A DNA stretch of 64,000 nt from Candidatus Sulfotelmatobacter sp. (GCA_035503455.1 DATJTK010000175.1:2460-66459), one strand, 5' to 3'; positions 36,588 to 45,320 are shown, counted from the first letter of the stretch. Program-made: numbers and translations. Notes: generated by a model not told the origin, from the letters alone.

Positions 36588-39500
36588 GAGGCCGCCAAGC
36601 CGGGGCTTGCGAGGTCAGGTTCCTTGGCTGAAAAACCCGGAACCCCCGCCGTCAACGGCCACGCACAGCCAAGCGGGGCCCATTCGTCTGAGCTTCCGGT
36701 CGAACAAATCATTGCCGGCATTTGGTCTGAGCTTCTGACGCAGCCCAAAATTGATATTCAGAGCAATTTCTTCGCGTTGGGGGGCTATTCATTGCTGGCC
36801 ATTCAATGCCTCTCGCGTCTGCGCGAAAAAATTCCTGTCACATTATCGCTTTCAGACTTTTTTGAGAATGCAACGGTCACGCAACTGGCGGCACTGGCGC
36901 GGAAAAGGTTGTCCGAGTCTCCGGGGCAGGATGGCGGCGGCGCGATGGCCCTTGATGTGCCGCCGATTCCATTGCGCGATCGCAGTGTTGCCTGTCCGTT
37001 GAGCCCTGCCCAGGAAAGTCTTTGGTTCATGGAGCAACTGGCGCCGGAGGCGCTGGCCTATAACGAATCTGAGGCCGTGCGTTTGACCGGCAGTCTCGAC
37101 GTTGAAGCGCTTGAGCACGGGCTCAATATCATCGTCGCGCGCCACGAAATTCTTCGGACGACCATCCGGACAACCAGGGGAAAACCTGCGTGTGTCGTTC
37201 ACGAGAATTGGTCCCTGAAATTGAAGCGCATCAGCCTGGAACATTTGCCTCGTGAACAGCGCGACGCCGAGGTGGAGCGATTGCTCATCGAAGAGCCGCG
37301 CGGCCGGTATAATCTCCAATCCGAGCCGGGAATTCGCGCGACACTGATCAAACTTGCGGACAACGAGCATGTTTTCATCCTGATGATGCATCACATTATT
37401 TGTGACTGGTCTTCGGAAGGCGTACTTTGGCGCGAGTTGTCGGCGTCATATCGCGACCTGATTCACGGCAAAGCGCCCATATTGCCGCCGCTGGCCATTC
37501 AACACGGGGACTATGCAGTCTGGCAAAGACAGGTAATGGAGGAGGGCGCCTACGCGGAGGATTTGGGATATTGGGAAAAGACCCTTCGGGGAGCGCCCGG
37601 CTTATTGGAACTGCCGGCCGATCGTCCCCGGCCCGCCACGATTACTTATCGTGGCGCTCGAAAACGTTTTCGAATCGGAGCAGAATTAGTGCAGGCATTG
37701 CGCGAATGCAGCCGGCGTGAAAAAACCAGCTTATTTACCCTGTTTACCGCCGCGCTTGATTGTTTGTTTTACCGGTACACGGGCAGCAATGATATTTCGT
37801 TAGGCATTCCGATGGCGGACCGGGACCGCAAGGAATTGCAATCGATTATCGGCTTCCTGCTTCGAGTCCACGTTTTGCGAACACAGCTTTCCGGGGAAAT
37901 GACGTTCAAGGAATTGGTGGCCCGGGTCCAGAAAGGCGTTTTGGATTTGTACGCTCATCGTTCTCCTCCATTTGATCAAGTTGTCAGCCGCGTCAAGCCC
38001 GAGCGCAACCCGAGCTATTCTCCTTTGTTCCAGGTGATGATGAACTGGCGCGACCGCGACCAGCAATTGACATTTATCGGCATCGACGGGCTGGCGGTCG
38101 AATCTCTTCTGGCAGAAACCAGGACCTCGAAATTCGATCTGACGTTCATGCTGACCGATGATGAGGATGAGATTTGGCTGGAAATGGAGTACAGCACCGA
38201 TCTGTTTGACCCGGACCGGATCGAGCGCATGGTTGGCCATTACCGGACCATCCTGCGCGAGGCGGCAGCCAATCCTGACCGGCGTCTCGTTGACCTGCCG
38301 ATGTTGCCCGAATCGGAGCGCCATCAAATCCTCGTGGAATGGAACCGCACACAAGTGGAATATTCCAGGGACAAGTGCCTCCACCAATTGATTGAAGAGC
38401 AAGCCCGCCGGACGCCGGAAGCGATTGCCTTGCGGTTTGAAGGCGCGGCATTGACCTACGGCGAGTTGAACACGCGCGCGAACCAGTTGGCACGGCATTT
38501 ACGGGACCTGGGAGTTGGGCCGGACGTTTTAGTGGGTGTATGCGTGGAACGCTCGCTGGAGATGGTTGTGGGGTTGCTGGGCATTCTTAAGGCCGGCGGG
38601 GCTTATTTGCCTTTGGACCCGGAATATCCGAAGGAACGAATTGAATTTGTCCTTCAAGACGCTCAAACGGCCGTTTTGCTGACGCAACAGCATTTGTCGG
38701 CTTTGGCCGCCGGAAGCAAAGCGCAGATTTTTTGCCTGGATTCCGATTGGCCGAAAGTCGCTGACCAGGAACAGTCGGACCTCGCAAACACGCCGAAGCC
38801 GCAGAACCTGGCCTATGTGATTTATACCTCCGGCTCGACAGGGAAACCCAAAGGCGTACAAATTCCACATAGCGCGGCAGTCAACTTCATGCAGTCGATG
38901 GCCAAAAAACCGGGCTTCACGGCGCAGGACACGATTCTCGCGGTGACCACGCTGTCGTTTGACATTGCCGGCCTGGAGCTATGGCTGCCGCTGAGTTTGG
39001 GCGGCCAGTCCGTTATTGCCAGGCGCGACACGACCCGGGATGGTGAAGCGTTGGCCCAATTGTTGGAGAGCTGTGGCGCAACTGTCATGCAGGCGACACC
39101 GAGCACGTGGCAGGTGTTGTTGACCAGCGGCTGGCGCGGCGCGCCGAATCTCAAAATATTGTGCGGCGGCGAGGCCTGGTCGAAAGAACTGGCGGAGCAA
39201 TTGCTTAAAAAATGCGCTTCTCTTTGGAACATGTATGGGCCGACGGAAACGACCATTTGGTCCGCAGCCTGCAAAGTGGAAAGCGGCGATGGTGTATTTG
39301 TTGGAAGACCCATCGATAACACGCAGATCTATATATTGGACAAGCAACTGCAGCCGGCGCCCGCAGGTCAGCCGGGAGAATTGCACATTGGCGGCACGGG
39401 ACTGGCACGAGGCTATCATAACCGTCCGGAGTTAACCGCGGAAAAATTTATAGCGGATCCATTCTCGAAGGAGCCCGGGGCGCGGCTTTATAAAACCGGC

Positions 39501-41009
39501 GATTCGGCGCGCTTTCTGCCGGATGGCAACATCGAGTATCTCGGACGACTGGATTATCAGGTGAAGATTCGCGGTTTCCGGGTGGAGCTGGCAGAAATTG
39601 AGGAAGTATTGAATCAACATCCCGGAGTACAAACGAGCGTCGTGATAGCGCGCGAGGATTCACCGGGCGCAAAACGGCTGGTGGCGTATTTCGTGAGCCG
39701 AACGGAAGCTGTCAACACCGCAACGTTGCGAGACTATTTGCGCGACAAATTGCCCGGCTACATGGTGCCGGCGGCGTTTGTCGCCCTGCAGGCGTTTCCA
39801 TTGACTCCAAACGGCAAGGTGGATCGCAAGGCCCTGCCGGCGCCGGATTCGGCGAAAGCCGAATTGGACGCGGAGCGAAAAGCGCCGCAGAGCTATACCG
39901 AGCAGGTGTTGTGTCATATTTGGCGTGAATGGCTCAATTTGAAAGCGGTGGGAATACGAGACAACTTCTTTGACCTGGGCGGCGATTCCCTGACGGCCAT
40001 CCGGATCATTGAACAAATGAACCGAACGTTCAAGGTGCATCTAAATGTCCCGGTCTTTTTTCACAACCCAACGATAGAAGGGGTGGCCCGTGTCCTGGAG
40101 CAGGAGCATAATATCCGTCCGGAACCTCAATTGGTTCCGTTGCACGCGGGAGATTCCGCCGGGTCGCTGTTTTTGCTCGAAGCGGGATTGGGCATGGGAC
40201 TGTGCCGGCTGGTCGAGTCATTTCATGGCGGCCCGGCCACGTTTGCAACCGTAGCGCCGCTGTCTCCGAAGGCCTATCAGGCGGCAATGCACAACCGTGT
40301 CACAGATTATCCGAGCCTGGAAGAGATCGCTGCCCCGCACACCGCGCTGATCCGGAGCCGCTATTCGAGTCCGTGCTGGCTCATCGGCCATTGCGTGGGC
40401 GGGCTCCTGGCTTTCGAGGTGGCGCGACAGCTTCAGAATGAAGGGAAGCCCGTTGAATTGATTTTCCTGCTCGATTCCTGGGCCAGGCTTCCATCACTGA
40501 GCGTATGGGACCGGTTGCGGCGCATAGTAACGGACGGTGCTGGAAATACCCTAAAACGGAGGGCAAAACGATTTTGGAAAGAGGCGCTCTCCCAACCGGC
40601 AAACGTGAATGGCAAACAACATGGAACCGACTCGCCGAATGGCGGCGAACCGGAAACGCTCAACCTCCTGGATCCCCTGGTCATTGGGAAAATTTTCAGA
40701 CATGTTCGCCAGATTCACCAAATCACGCCATTGCAAAGCCACGCTCTTTTATTTCGTCCTCGCGAACTCGCGCCGGATCGCAAATTTTTCTATGAAATGG
40801 ACGGCGCGATGGGATGGACCGGCTCCTTCACTGGCGGAATGGAAATCATGGACTGCCCCGGAGACCATTTGACCATGCTCAAAGCGCCGCACCTGCAATT
40901 TTTGGCTGAACAGATCTGGCAAAGGATCCGACAAAATACCCCATCGACACGGTCCACGAAGCCAAACGGGGCCAGCCAGGACCAGCAGCCAAAGCCGGCC
41001 CTTCGATAA
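35073..41009 (+). CDS. Non-ribosomal peptide synthetase, 1978 aa: acyl-AMP-ligase-like A - T - C - A - T - TE
   Basis: Core motifs were read in order; see the domain sub-features below. Confidence 0.95.
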   Translation: MGPEAQTILSLIDWKAGSEPDRPFLISPETERVLTFKGLQQQAAKLCAQLRQLGLAPGDKVAFLLDNGLFTAELFLGTMYGGFVSVPLNVRAGASQLAYTLDHSDAKVVFAGGEYQNLVKEILVHVPRSITVIPCDADNGPVNLPESAAKEEAPPIKPEDVALLMYTSGSTGQPKGGVHTHKSLFAHGRNSVLAHKLTAADRSLLVLPLYHINAECVTLVPTLLSGGSIVVPHHFNASRFWDWMDDHRCTWSAMVPTIVSQLLDWKDPKAGSRAAAFKRIRFLRSSSAPLSPSLHREFLDKFKLPLIQAMGCTELGNVFSNPVPPGTNKIGSPGLPWGIEARIVNRDGVQVPDGEPGEILLRGDAMMQGYYKDPVGTAAAVDADGWLHTGDLAYRDPDGYFFVVGRSKELIIKGGMNIAPRQIDEVLEAHPAVLEAAAVGVPDRYVGEDVVAFAVLREGMRCEEKELLQFCEGRLGHFKTPTRIYFVQDLPKGPSGKVQRLRLVEEAAKPGLARSGSLAEKPGTPAVNGHAQPSGAHSSELPVEQIIAGIWSELLTQPKIDIQSNFFALGGYSLLAIQCLSRLREKIPVTLSLSDFFENATVTQLAALARKRLSESPGQDGGGAMALDVPPIPLRDRSVACPLSPAQESLWFMEQLAPEALAYNESEAVRLTGSLDVEALEHGLNIIVARHEILRTTIRTTRGKPACVVHENWSLKLKRISLEHLPREQRDAEVERLLIEEPRGRYNLQSEPGIRATLIKLADNEHVFILMMHHIICDWSSEGVLWRELSASYRDLIHGKAPILPPLAIQHGDYAVWQRQVMEEGAYAEDLGYWEKTLRGAPGLLELPADRPRPATITYRGARKRFRIGAELVQALRECSRREKTSLFTLFTAALDCLFYRYTGSNDISLGIPMADRDRKELQSIIGFLLRVHVLRTQLSGEMTFKELVARVQKGVLDLYAHRSPPFDQVVSRVKPERNPSYSPLFQVMMNWRDRDQQLTFIGIDGLAVESLLAETRTSKFDLTFMLTDDEDEIWLEMEYSTDLFDPDRIERMVGHYRTILREAAANPDRRLVDLPMLPESERHQILVEWNRTQVEYSRDKCLHQLIEEQARRTPEAIALRFEGAALTYGELNTRANQLARHLRDLGVGPDVLVGVCVERSLEMVVGLLGILKAGGAYLPLDPEYPKERIEFVLQDAQTAVLLTQQHLSALAAGSKAQIFCLDSDWPKVADQEQSDLANTPKPQNLAYVIYTSGSTGKPKGVQIPHSAAVNFMQSMAKKPGFTAQDTILAVTTLSFDIAGLELWLPLSLGGQSVIARRDTTRDGEALAQLLESCGATVMQATPSTWQVLLTSGWRGAPNLKILCGGEAWSKELAEQLLKKCASLWNMYGPTETTIWSAACKVESGDGVFVGRPIDNTQIYILDKQLQPAPAGQPGELHIGGTGLARGYHNRPELTAEKFIADPFSKEPGARLYKTGDSARFLPDGNIEYLGRLDYQVKIRGFRVELAEIEEVLNQHPGVQTSVVIAREDSPGAKRLVAYFVSRTEAVNTATLRDYLRDKLPGYMVPAAFVALQAFPLTPNGKVDRKALPAPDSAKAELDAERKAPQSYTEQVLCHIWREWLNLKAVGIRDNFFDLGGDSLTAIRIIEQMNRTFKVHLNVPVFFHNPTIEGVARVLEQEHNIRPEPQLVPLHAGDSAGSLFLLEAGLGMGLCRLVESFHGGPATFATVAPLSPKAYQAAMHNRVTDYPSLEEIAAPHTALIRSRYSSPCWLIGHCVGGLLAFEVARQLQNEGKPVELIFLLDSWARLPSLSVWDRLRRIVTDGAGNTLKRRAKRFWKEALSQPANVNGKQHGTDSPNGGEPETLNLLDPLVIGKIFRHVRQIHQITPLQSHALLFRPRELAPDRKFFYEMDGAMGWTGSFTGGMEIMDCPGDHLTMLKAPHLQFLAEQIWQRIRQNTPSTRSTKPNGASQDQQPKPALR
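36696..36920 (+). other. NRPS carrier domain T1 (Ser573 at 36789-36791)
   Basis: FFALGGYSLLAIQCLSRL. Reads GGYS rather than the usual GG(H/D)S. Confidence 0.8.
36990..38300 (+). other. NRPS condensation domain
   Basis: SPAQESLWFMEQ (C1), ARHEILRTT (C2), MHHIICDWSS (C3; HHxxxDW at 37389-37409). Confidence 0.85.
38340..39842 (+). other. NRPS domain A2: amino-acid adenylation domain, glycine-like specificity code
   Basis: LAYVIYTSGSTGKPKGV; SFDIAGLE (Asp1297, 38961-63); NMYGPTETTIW; GELHIGGTGLARGY; YKTGD; GRLDYQVKIRGFRVELAEIE; PNGKVDRK (Lys1582). Confidence 0.85.
39900..40112 (+). other. NRPS carrier domain T2 (Ser1639 at 39987-39989)
   Basis: FFDLGGDSLTAIRIIEQM. Confidence 0.85.
40125..41009 (+). 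other. NRPS thioesterase domain with Cys at the nucleophile elbow (GHCVGG)
   Basis: WLIGHCVGGLLAFEVARQL (Cys1774, TGC at 40392-94); LLDS; CPGDHLTML (His1932 at 40866-68). Confidence 0.75.
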
Positions 41010-41033
41010 CGCCGGGAATTCGGCACCGGCAAA

Positions 41034-41744
41034 ATGCGCCAATCGAATTTACTGTGGGCACCGCCTTCGCATGAATGGCCATTGGCGGAAATGGACATCC
41101 ACGTTTGGGCAGCCGGGCTGGATCCATCGCCGGAACGCGTTTCTGCCTTTAAGGAAACACTGGCTCCCGATGAACTGGAACGGGCGGCGCGATTTCATTT
41201 TGAGATCGATCGCAACCGGTTTATCGCCGGACGGGGCATTCTTAGGGAAATATTAGGCTCGTACCTGGGAATTCGTCCGGAGCGCCTGCAGTTTGATTAC
41301 AGCCCGCATGGCAAGCCGACGTTGAAGGCCAGTTCGACGCGCCCGCCACTTCATTTTAATCTCGGTCATTCGGTGGATTTAATTTTGATTGCGGTGACAC
41401 GAGCTTGCCCCCTTGGCATCGACGTCGAATGGGTCCGCCCAATACCGGATTTGGAAAATATTGCGACGCGATATTTTTCGACGCGCGAGGCGGCCGAACT
41501 TATGGCCCTGCCAGAAGAGCGGCGACCACGTGCATTTTATCAGCTTTGGACCCGCAAAGAAGCCTGCCTCAAAGCAAGCGGGGAAGGACTTTCAGGACTG
41601 GCAGGCCTGCAAATTCCCGATCATTCCAAATTGACCGATTCCCGGACGCTCGTTGAATTCACCCCTGCCCGGGATTTTATTGGCGCTATCGCGGCTCCAG
41701 CCGGTGGCTTGACCGTTTCCTGCTGGAGCTGGCCGTCCCATTGA
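41034..41744 (+). CDS. Sfp-type 4'-phosphopantetheinyl transferase
   Basis: GKPTL...FNLGHS, PLGIDVE and WTRKEACLKASGEG motifs. Starts 24 nt after the NRPS stop. Confidence 0.88.
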   Translation: MRQSNLLWAPPSHEWPLAEMDIHVWAAGLDPSPERVSAFKETLAPDELERAARFHFEIDRNRFIAGRGILREILGSYLGIRPERLQFDYSPHGKPTLKASSTRPPLHFNLGHSVDLILIAVTRACPLGIDVEWVRPIPDLENIATRYFSTREAAELMALPEERRPRAFYQLWTRKEACLKASGEGLSGLAGLQIPDHSKLTDSRTLVEFTPARDFIGAIAAPAGGLTVSCWSWPSH

Positions 41745-41864
41745 AAATTCACTTCACCGCGATTTTTCGAACGCAGTGATTATTCGTATCGGCCACGAAG
41801 ATATTGCCGTTGGCAAATAAATTCACCAAAAAATGCAAGCTCAAAGCATTTCGTAATGATTGGG

Positions 41865-41890
41865 GCCGCCATGCCGCCATGCCGCCATGC
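41865..41890 (+). repeat. Tandem 8-mer (GCCGCCAT)x3
   Basis: Read directly from the sequence, in the intergenic region. Confidence 0.7.
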
Positions 41891-41906
41891 ATCCATCTTA
41901 TTGTTA

Positions 41907-41935
41907 TTGACAATTTTACGAATGTTTGCTAAAAA
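41907..41935 (+). promoter_or_regulatory. Candidate promoter (TTGACA-17 nt-TAAAAA) for the large surface-protein gene
   Basis: Perfect -35 hexamer, 17-nt spacer, and a 4/6 match at -10, about 70 nt upstream of the ATG at 42008. Confidence 0.3.
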
Positions 41936-42007
41936 CCTTTCGTTGAGCATAAGATTGGGCCATGGACAATCCCTATGCCCGCTCAACAACAAATCAGGAG
42001 CAGCGTC

Positions 42008-44923
42008 ATGAAGAACCTATTTCAGAAGATATTTACCGTCCTGGCGGTTCTCGCCAGTGTCCACCAGACCAATGCCGCCGTCTCGTTCACCATCACGCCG
42101 ACGGCCATCAGCAATACCTACAACGGCATCATCACCCTGCAAATTACCGGCCTGTCCGACGGCGATACCGTGGTGGTGCGGAAATTTTTGGATGCGAATA
42201 CGAATGGCGTGGTGGATGCCGGCGACATCTTATGGCAGGAATTTCAAATGACGGACGGACAGGCCAGTGTTTTCACCAACGGAACCACGTCTATAACCAA
42301 TTTTAACGTGGCAAGCGATACCGACGGTTCGGCCAATGGCGCCATCACGGCGAAGTTGATTCCCGCCCAGGACTTTGCCCAATTGGTGGTTGGAAAGTAT
42401 CTTTTCGAGCTTTGGAGTCCGGCGGGCCATTTTACTCCCATCACAAATACTTTCGCCGTCACCAATTTCCCCTTTGCCCAATCCGTTTCCGGCAACGTGG
42501 TCAACAACGGAACCAATGTGCCGAATGCGGTAGTGTTTTTATTCCAACCCACCCCTGGTGGCGGCCAGAATCCGCAGTATGGGGCCGTGGCAAACAATTC
42601 CGGGGCCTATAGAGTTGCCGCCCCGACCGGTGCTTACCTGCTTGCCGCTATTAAGACGAATTTCGTGGCAAACCTGAACGCCTCGCCCAACGTCGTTTTA
42701 AACACGGGCACAACTATTACCACGAACGTGCCGCTCACGAATGCCACCGAAAGCATTTCCGGAAGTGTCGTTGACGCGAGTTCAGACGCCGGCGTTGCCG
42801 GATACCTTGTGCCCCTGGAATCGGACGATGGTCTTTTGGCAGTAGCGTTTACGGACACCAACGGCAATTTCGGTGCGGGAGTCACCAGCGATCATTGGAA
42901 AGTGGACAATAATAGCGATAGCCTGTTGATCAAAGGTTATCTTACGGTCCAAAACAACATCAATGTGAATACCACCACCGGCAGTGTTTCAGGTGTGACG
43001 GAAAGTTTAACCAAAGAAACGGCGGTATTTTACGGGACAGTTGAAGATCCTTCGGGAAACCCCCTGACTGGCGTGAATGTATATACCGCCGATAATAATG
43101 ACCTGTATCAGTCGGATGGCGTTGCATTCACAAACGGGTATTACGTGGCGAGCGCTGTTGGCGGCGGCGGCGACCTGTGGCAGGTCCAGTATGACCAGCG
43201 CGGCCCGGCCAACTACATTTATTCACAGCCGGCAATCGATCAAAACAACGGCACCAATATTAACGCGGGCCAGGCAATTCAGGTGAATCTCACCGGTGTT
43301 CTGGCGACCAATGAGATCACCGGGACCGTGTATTTTGACGGCAGCCCGGTTGCCGGTGTCGGCGTTTATGCCAGCGCCACAACCAACGACGTCAACTTCA
43401 ACAACTACGTCGATACCGCGGACGACGGGACCTACTCGTTGAACGTCGCCAATGGCGCCTGGACTGTCGGTGTAAATTGCAACGGCGGCAGTGACAGCCT
43501 TGAGAACATCATCGGCAGCGGCTTCGATTGCCCAAATAGTGTCACGGTCGGCGTTAATAACAGCAACGTGGTTGTCAATTTCACAGTGCCGCCGGTGGGA
43601 AGTGACGATGAATTCTACGGCTATGTGTCTGACAGTAACGGCAACCCTATTGCCGGCGTCGACGTCTATGCGTCTGACGGCTCAGCCACTTACACAAATA
43701 CAACCGACTCGACCGGCTACTATTCTTTTTTCGTGACGGATGGGGATTGGGAACTCAGTGTGAATTGCGGGCAGTTACAGGCAAAGAACCCGAATTACCA
43801 ATGTACCGGCACTGAAGAGACTTACATTTGCTGTGGCGATTCCAGCGAACTGGATTTTGTGATTCCGATAGATGGCGCCAGCGGTTACTTTAGGTATTCG
43901 GAGGCGAATAACGAGGTCACCATTACCAGCTACACTGGCCCCGGCGGCGCCGTTTCGATTCCGGGCGCCATTAACAGCCTGCCGGTCACCACCATCGGGT
44001 ATGATGCCCTTGGCAGCAGCAGTGTGACCGGGGTCACAATCCCCGACAGCGTCACAATCATCGAACAGTACGCGTTCGAGGATGCTTCTCTCTCCTCCGT
44101 GATCATCCCCAACAGCGTGACATACATTGGAGATTCTGCCTTTGCATACTGCTACGATCTCGCCAGCATTACCCTCGGAACAAACGTTGCCACAATTGGA
44201 GACTCGGCTTTTTACTCTTGCTCCAGCCTGGCAACCATCACGATTCCCGCCAGCGCCACGACTGTTTACAACGACGCATTTATCGGCTGCAGCAGCCTGT
44301 CGGCGATAAATGCAGCTTCAGGCAACCCGGCTTACGCCAGTGTTGGCGGCGTTTTATTTAACAACAGTCTGACGTCTCTTCTTATATACCCGGAGGGCAA
44401 CCCCGCGACGACATACACTGTTCCTGCCGGCGTTACGAGCATCGGGGCCAATGCGTTCTATTCCTGCGATTCGTTGGTCAGCGTCACGATTGGCGGCGGT
44501 GTGAATTCGATCGGGCCTGCCGCATTTGCGTACGCGAGCCTGGCCAGTCTCTATTTCCTGGGCAGCGCGCCTGCCACCGATCCAACTGCTTTCGAGGGAA
44601 ACAATGATAGTGGTTACATCGACGCGACGATTTATTATCTGCAGGGAGCCACGGGCTGGACCTCGCCGTTTCAGGGGCTTCCCGCTGTGATGCTTTCGGA
44701 ACAACAATCCGGTGTGCCTCAACTGGTCCTCATTCCCTATAGCGGAAATGCCATCCTGACGTGGCCGACAAATGACACTGGTTTTGCCCTGCAATCCTCG
44801 ACCAATCTCGCTCGTCCATCTGAATGGATTAACGTGTCCCTGTCCCCGATCATCATTGGCGGCCAGAACGTTATAATAGTTCCCGCGTCCGGCCGGCAGC
44901 AGTTCTTCCGCCTGAAACACTAA
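42008..44923 (+). CDS. Large secreted protein: Ig/CarboxypepD_reg-like repeats + BspA-type leucine-rich repeats + C-terminal ...QQFFRLKH domain
   Basis: Signal peptide MKNLFQKIFTVLAVLASVHQTNA. Repeats of GxVxDxxGNPxxGVxVY. LRR units IP.SVT.IG..AF..C..L.S.TI occur about 8 times. I prefer the ATG at 42008. Confidence 0.85.
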   Translation: MKNLFQKIFTVLAVLASVHQTNAAVSFTITPTAISNTYNGIITLQITGLSDGDTVVVRKFLDANTNGVVDAGDILWQEFQMTDGQASVFTNGTTSITNFNVASDTDGSANGAITAKLIPAQDFAQLVVGKYLFELWSPAGHFTPITNTFAVTNFPFAQSVSGNVVNNGTNVPNAVVFLFQPTPGGGQNPQYGAVANNSGAYRVAAPTGAYLLAAIKTNFVANLNASPNVVLNTGTTITTNVPLTNATESISGSVVDASSDAGVAGYLVPLESDDGLLAVAFTDTNGNFGAGVTSDHWKVDNNSDSLLIKGYLTVQNNINVNTTTGSVSGVTESLTKETAVFYGTVEDPSGNPLTGVNVYTADNNDLYQSDGVAFTNGYYVASAVGGGGDLWQVQYDQRGPANYIYSQPAIDQNNGTNINAGQAIQVNLTGVLATNEITGTVYFDGSPVAGVGVYASATTNDVNFNNYVDTADDGTYSLNVANGAWTVGVNCNGGSDSLENIIGSGFDCPNSVTVGVNNSNVVVNFTVPPVGSDDEFYGYVSDSNGNPIAGVDVYASDGSATYTNTTDSTGYYSFFVTDGDWELSVNCGQLQAKNPNYQCTGTEETYICCGDSSELDFVIPIDGASGYFRYSEANNEVTITSYTGPGGAVSIPGAINSLPVTTIGYDALGSSSVTGVTIPDSVTIIEQYAFEDASLSSVIIPNSVTYIGDSAFAYCYDLASITLGTNVATIGDSAFYSCSSLATITIPASATTVYNDAFIGCSSLSAINAASGNPAYASVGGVLFNNSLTSLLIYPEGNPATTYTVPAGVTSIGANAFYSCDSLVSVTIGGGVNSIGPAAFAYASLASLYFLGSAPATDPTAFEGNNDSGYIDATIYYLQGATGWTSPFQGLPAVMLSEQQSGVPQLVLIPYSGNAILTWPTNDTGFALQSSTNLARPSEWINVSLSPIIIGGQNVIIVPASGRQQFFRLKH

Positions 44924-45320
44924 CCGGCAAATCGTCGGACGTTGTTTGTCAAGAGGTGCTGGAAAAATTTAACAAACTTTTTTTCTTGAGAATTTTTCCG
45001 CGCGGGACGATATAGGAGGCAGAAAGTGATTCGCTCTTTGGCTCTTTGGACAAGTTGAACTTGAATTTCCCTACCCTGTTCGTGATTTGCAACAGTCCTT
45101 GAACCGTAGTTAAACGAATCCCGGGATGAGTTGCGGCGGTGGCCGACATGCCTTGACTGGAAGCCGAAAGCCGTTGCGCGAGTCCCACATGTTGTAAAAC
45201 ATGTTCAAAGGATTATCGTTGTACACGGCAAGGGTGGGGTTTTTTTTCTATATCATCCTCATCCTCAAAGCGATTTAAACCGCTTCAACGTCTCCGCCAA
45301 TTGCGTAGTGTCTTAAATTG

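Noticed and set aside
40125-41009. Beta-lactone/beta-lactam-forming release by the Cys-TE, by analogy with ObiF and SulM
   Set aside because: The hand-derived A2 code points to glycine, which lacks a beta-hydroxyl or amino group for four-membered-ring closure. The analogy is therefore not supported by this sequence, unless the specificity call is wrong.
41780-41992. 70-aa minus-strand ORF between the PPTase and the LRR protein gene
   Set aside because: It is AT-rich and overlaps the GCCGCCAT tandem repeat and the promoter-like region of the downstream gene. It has no motif or RBS.
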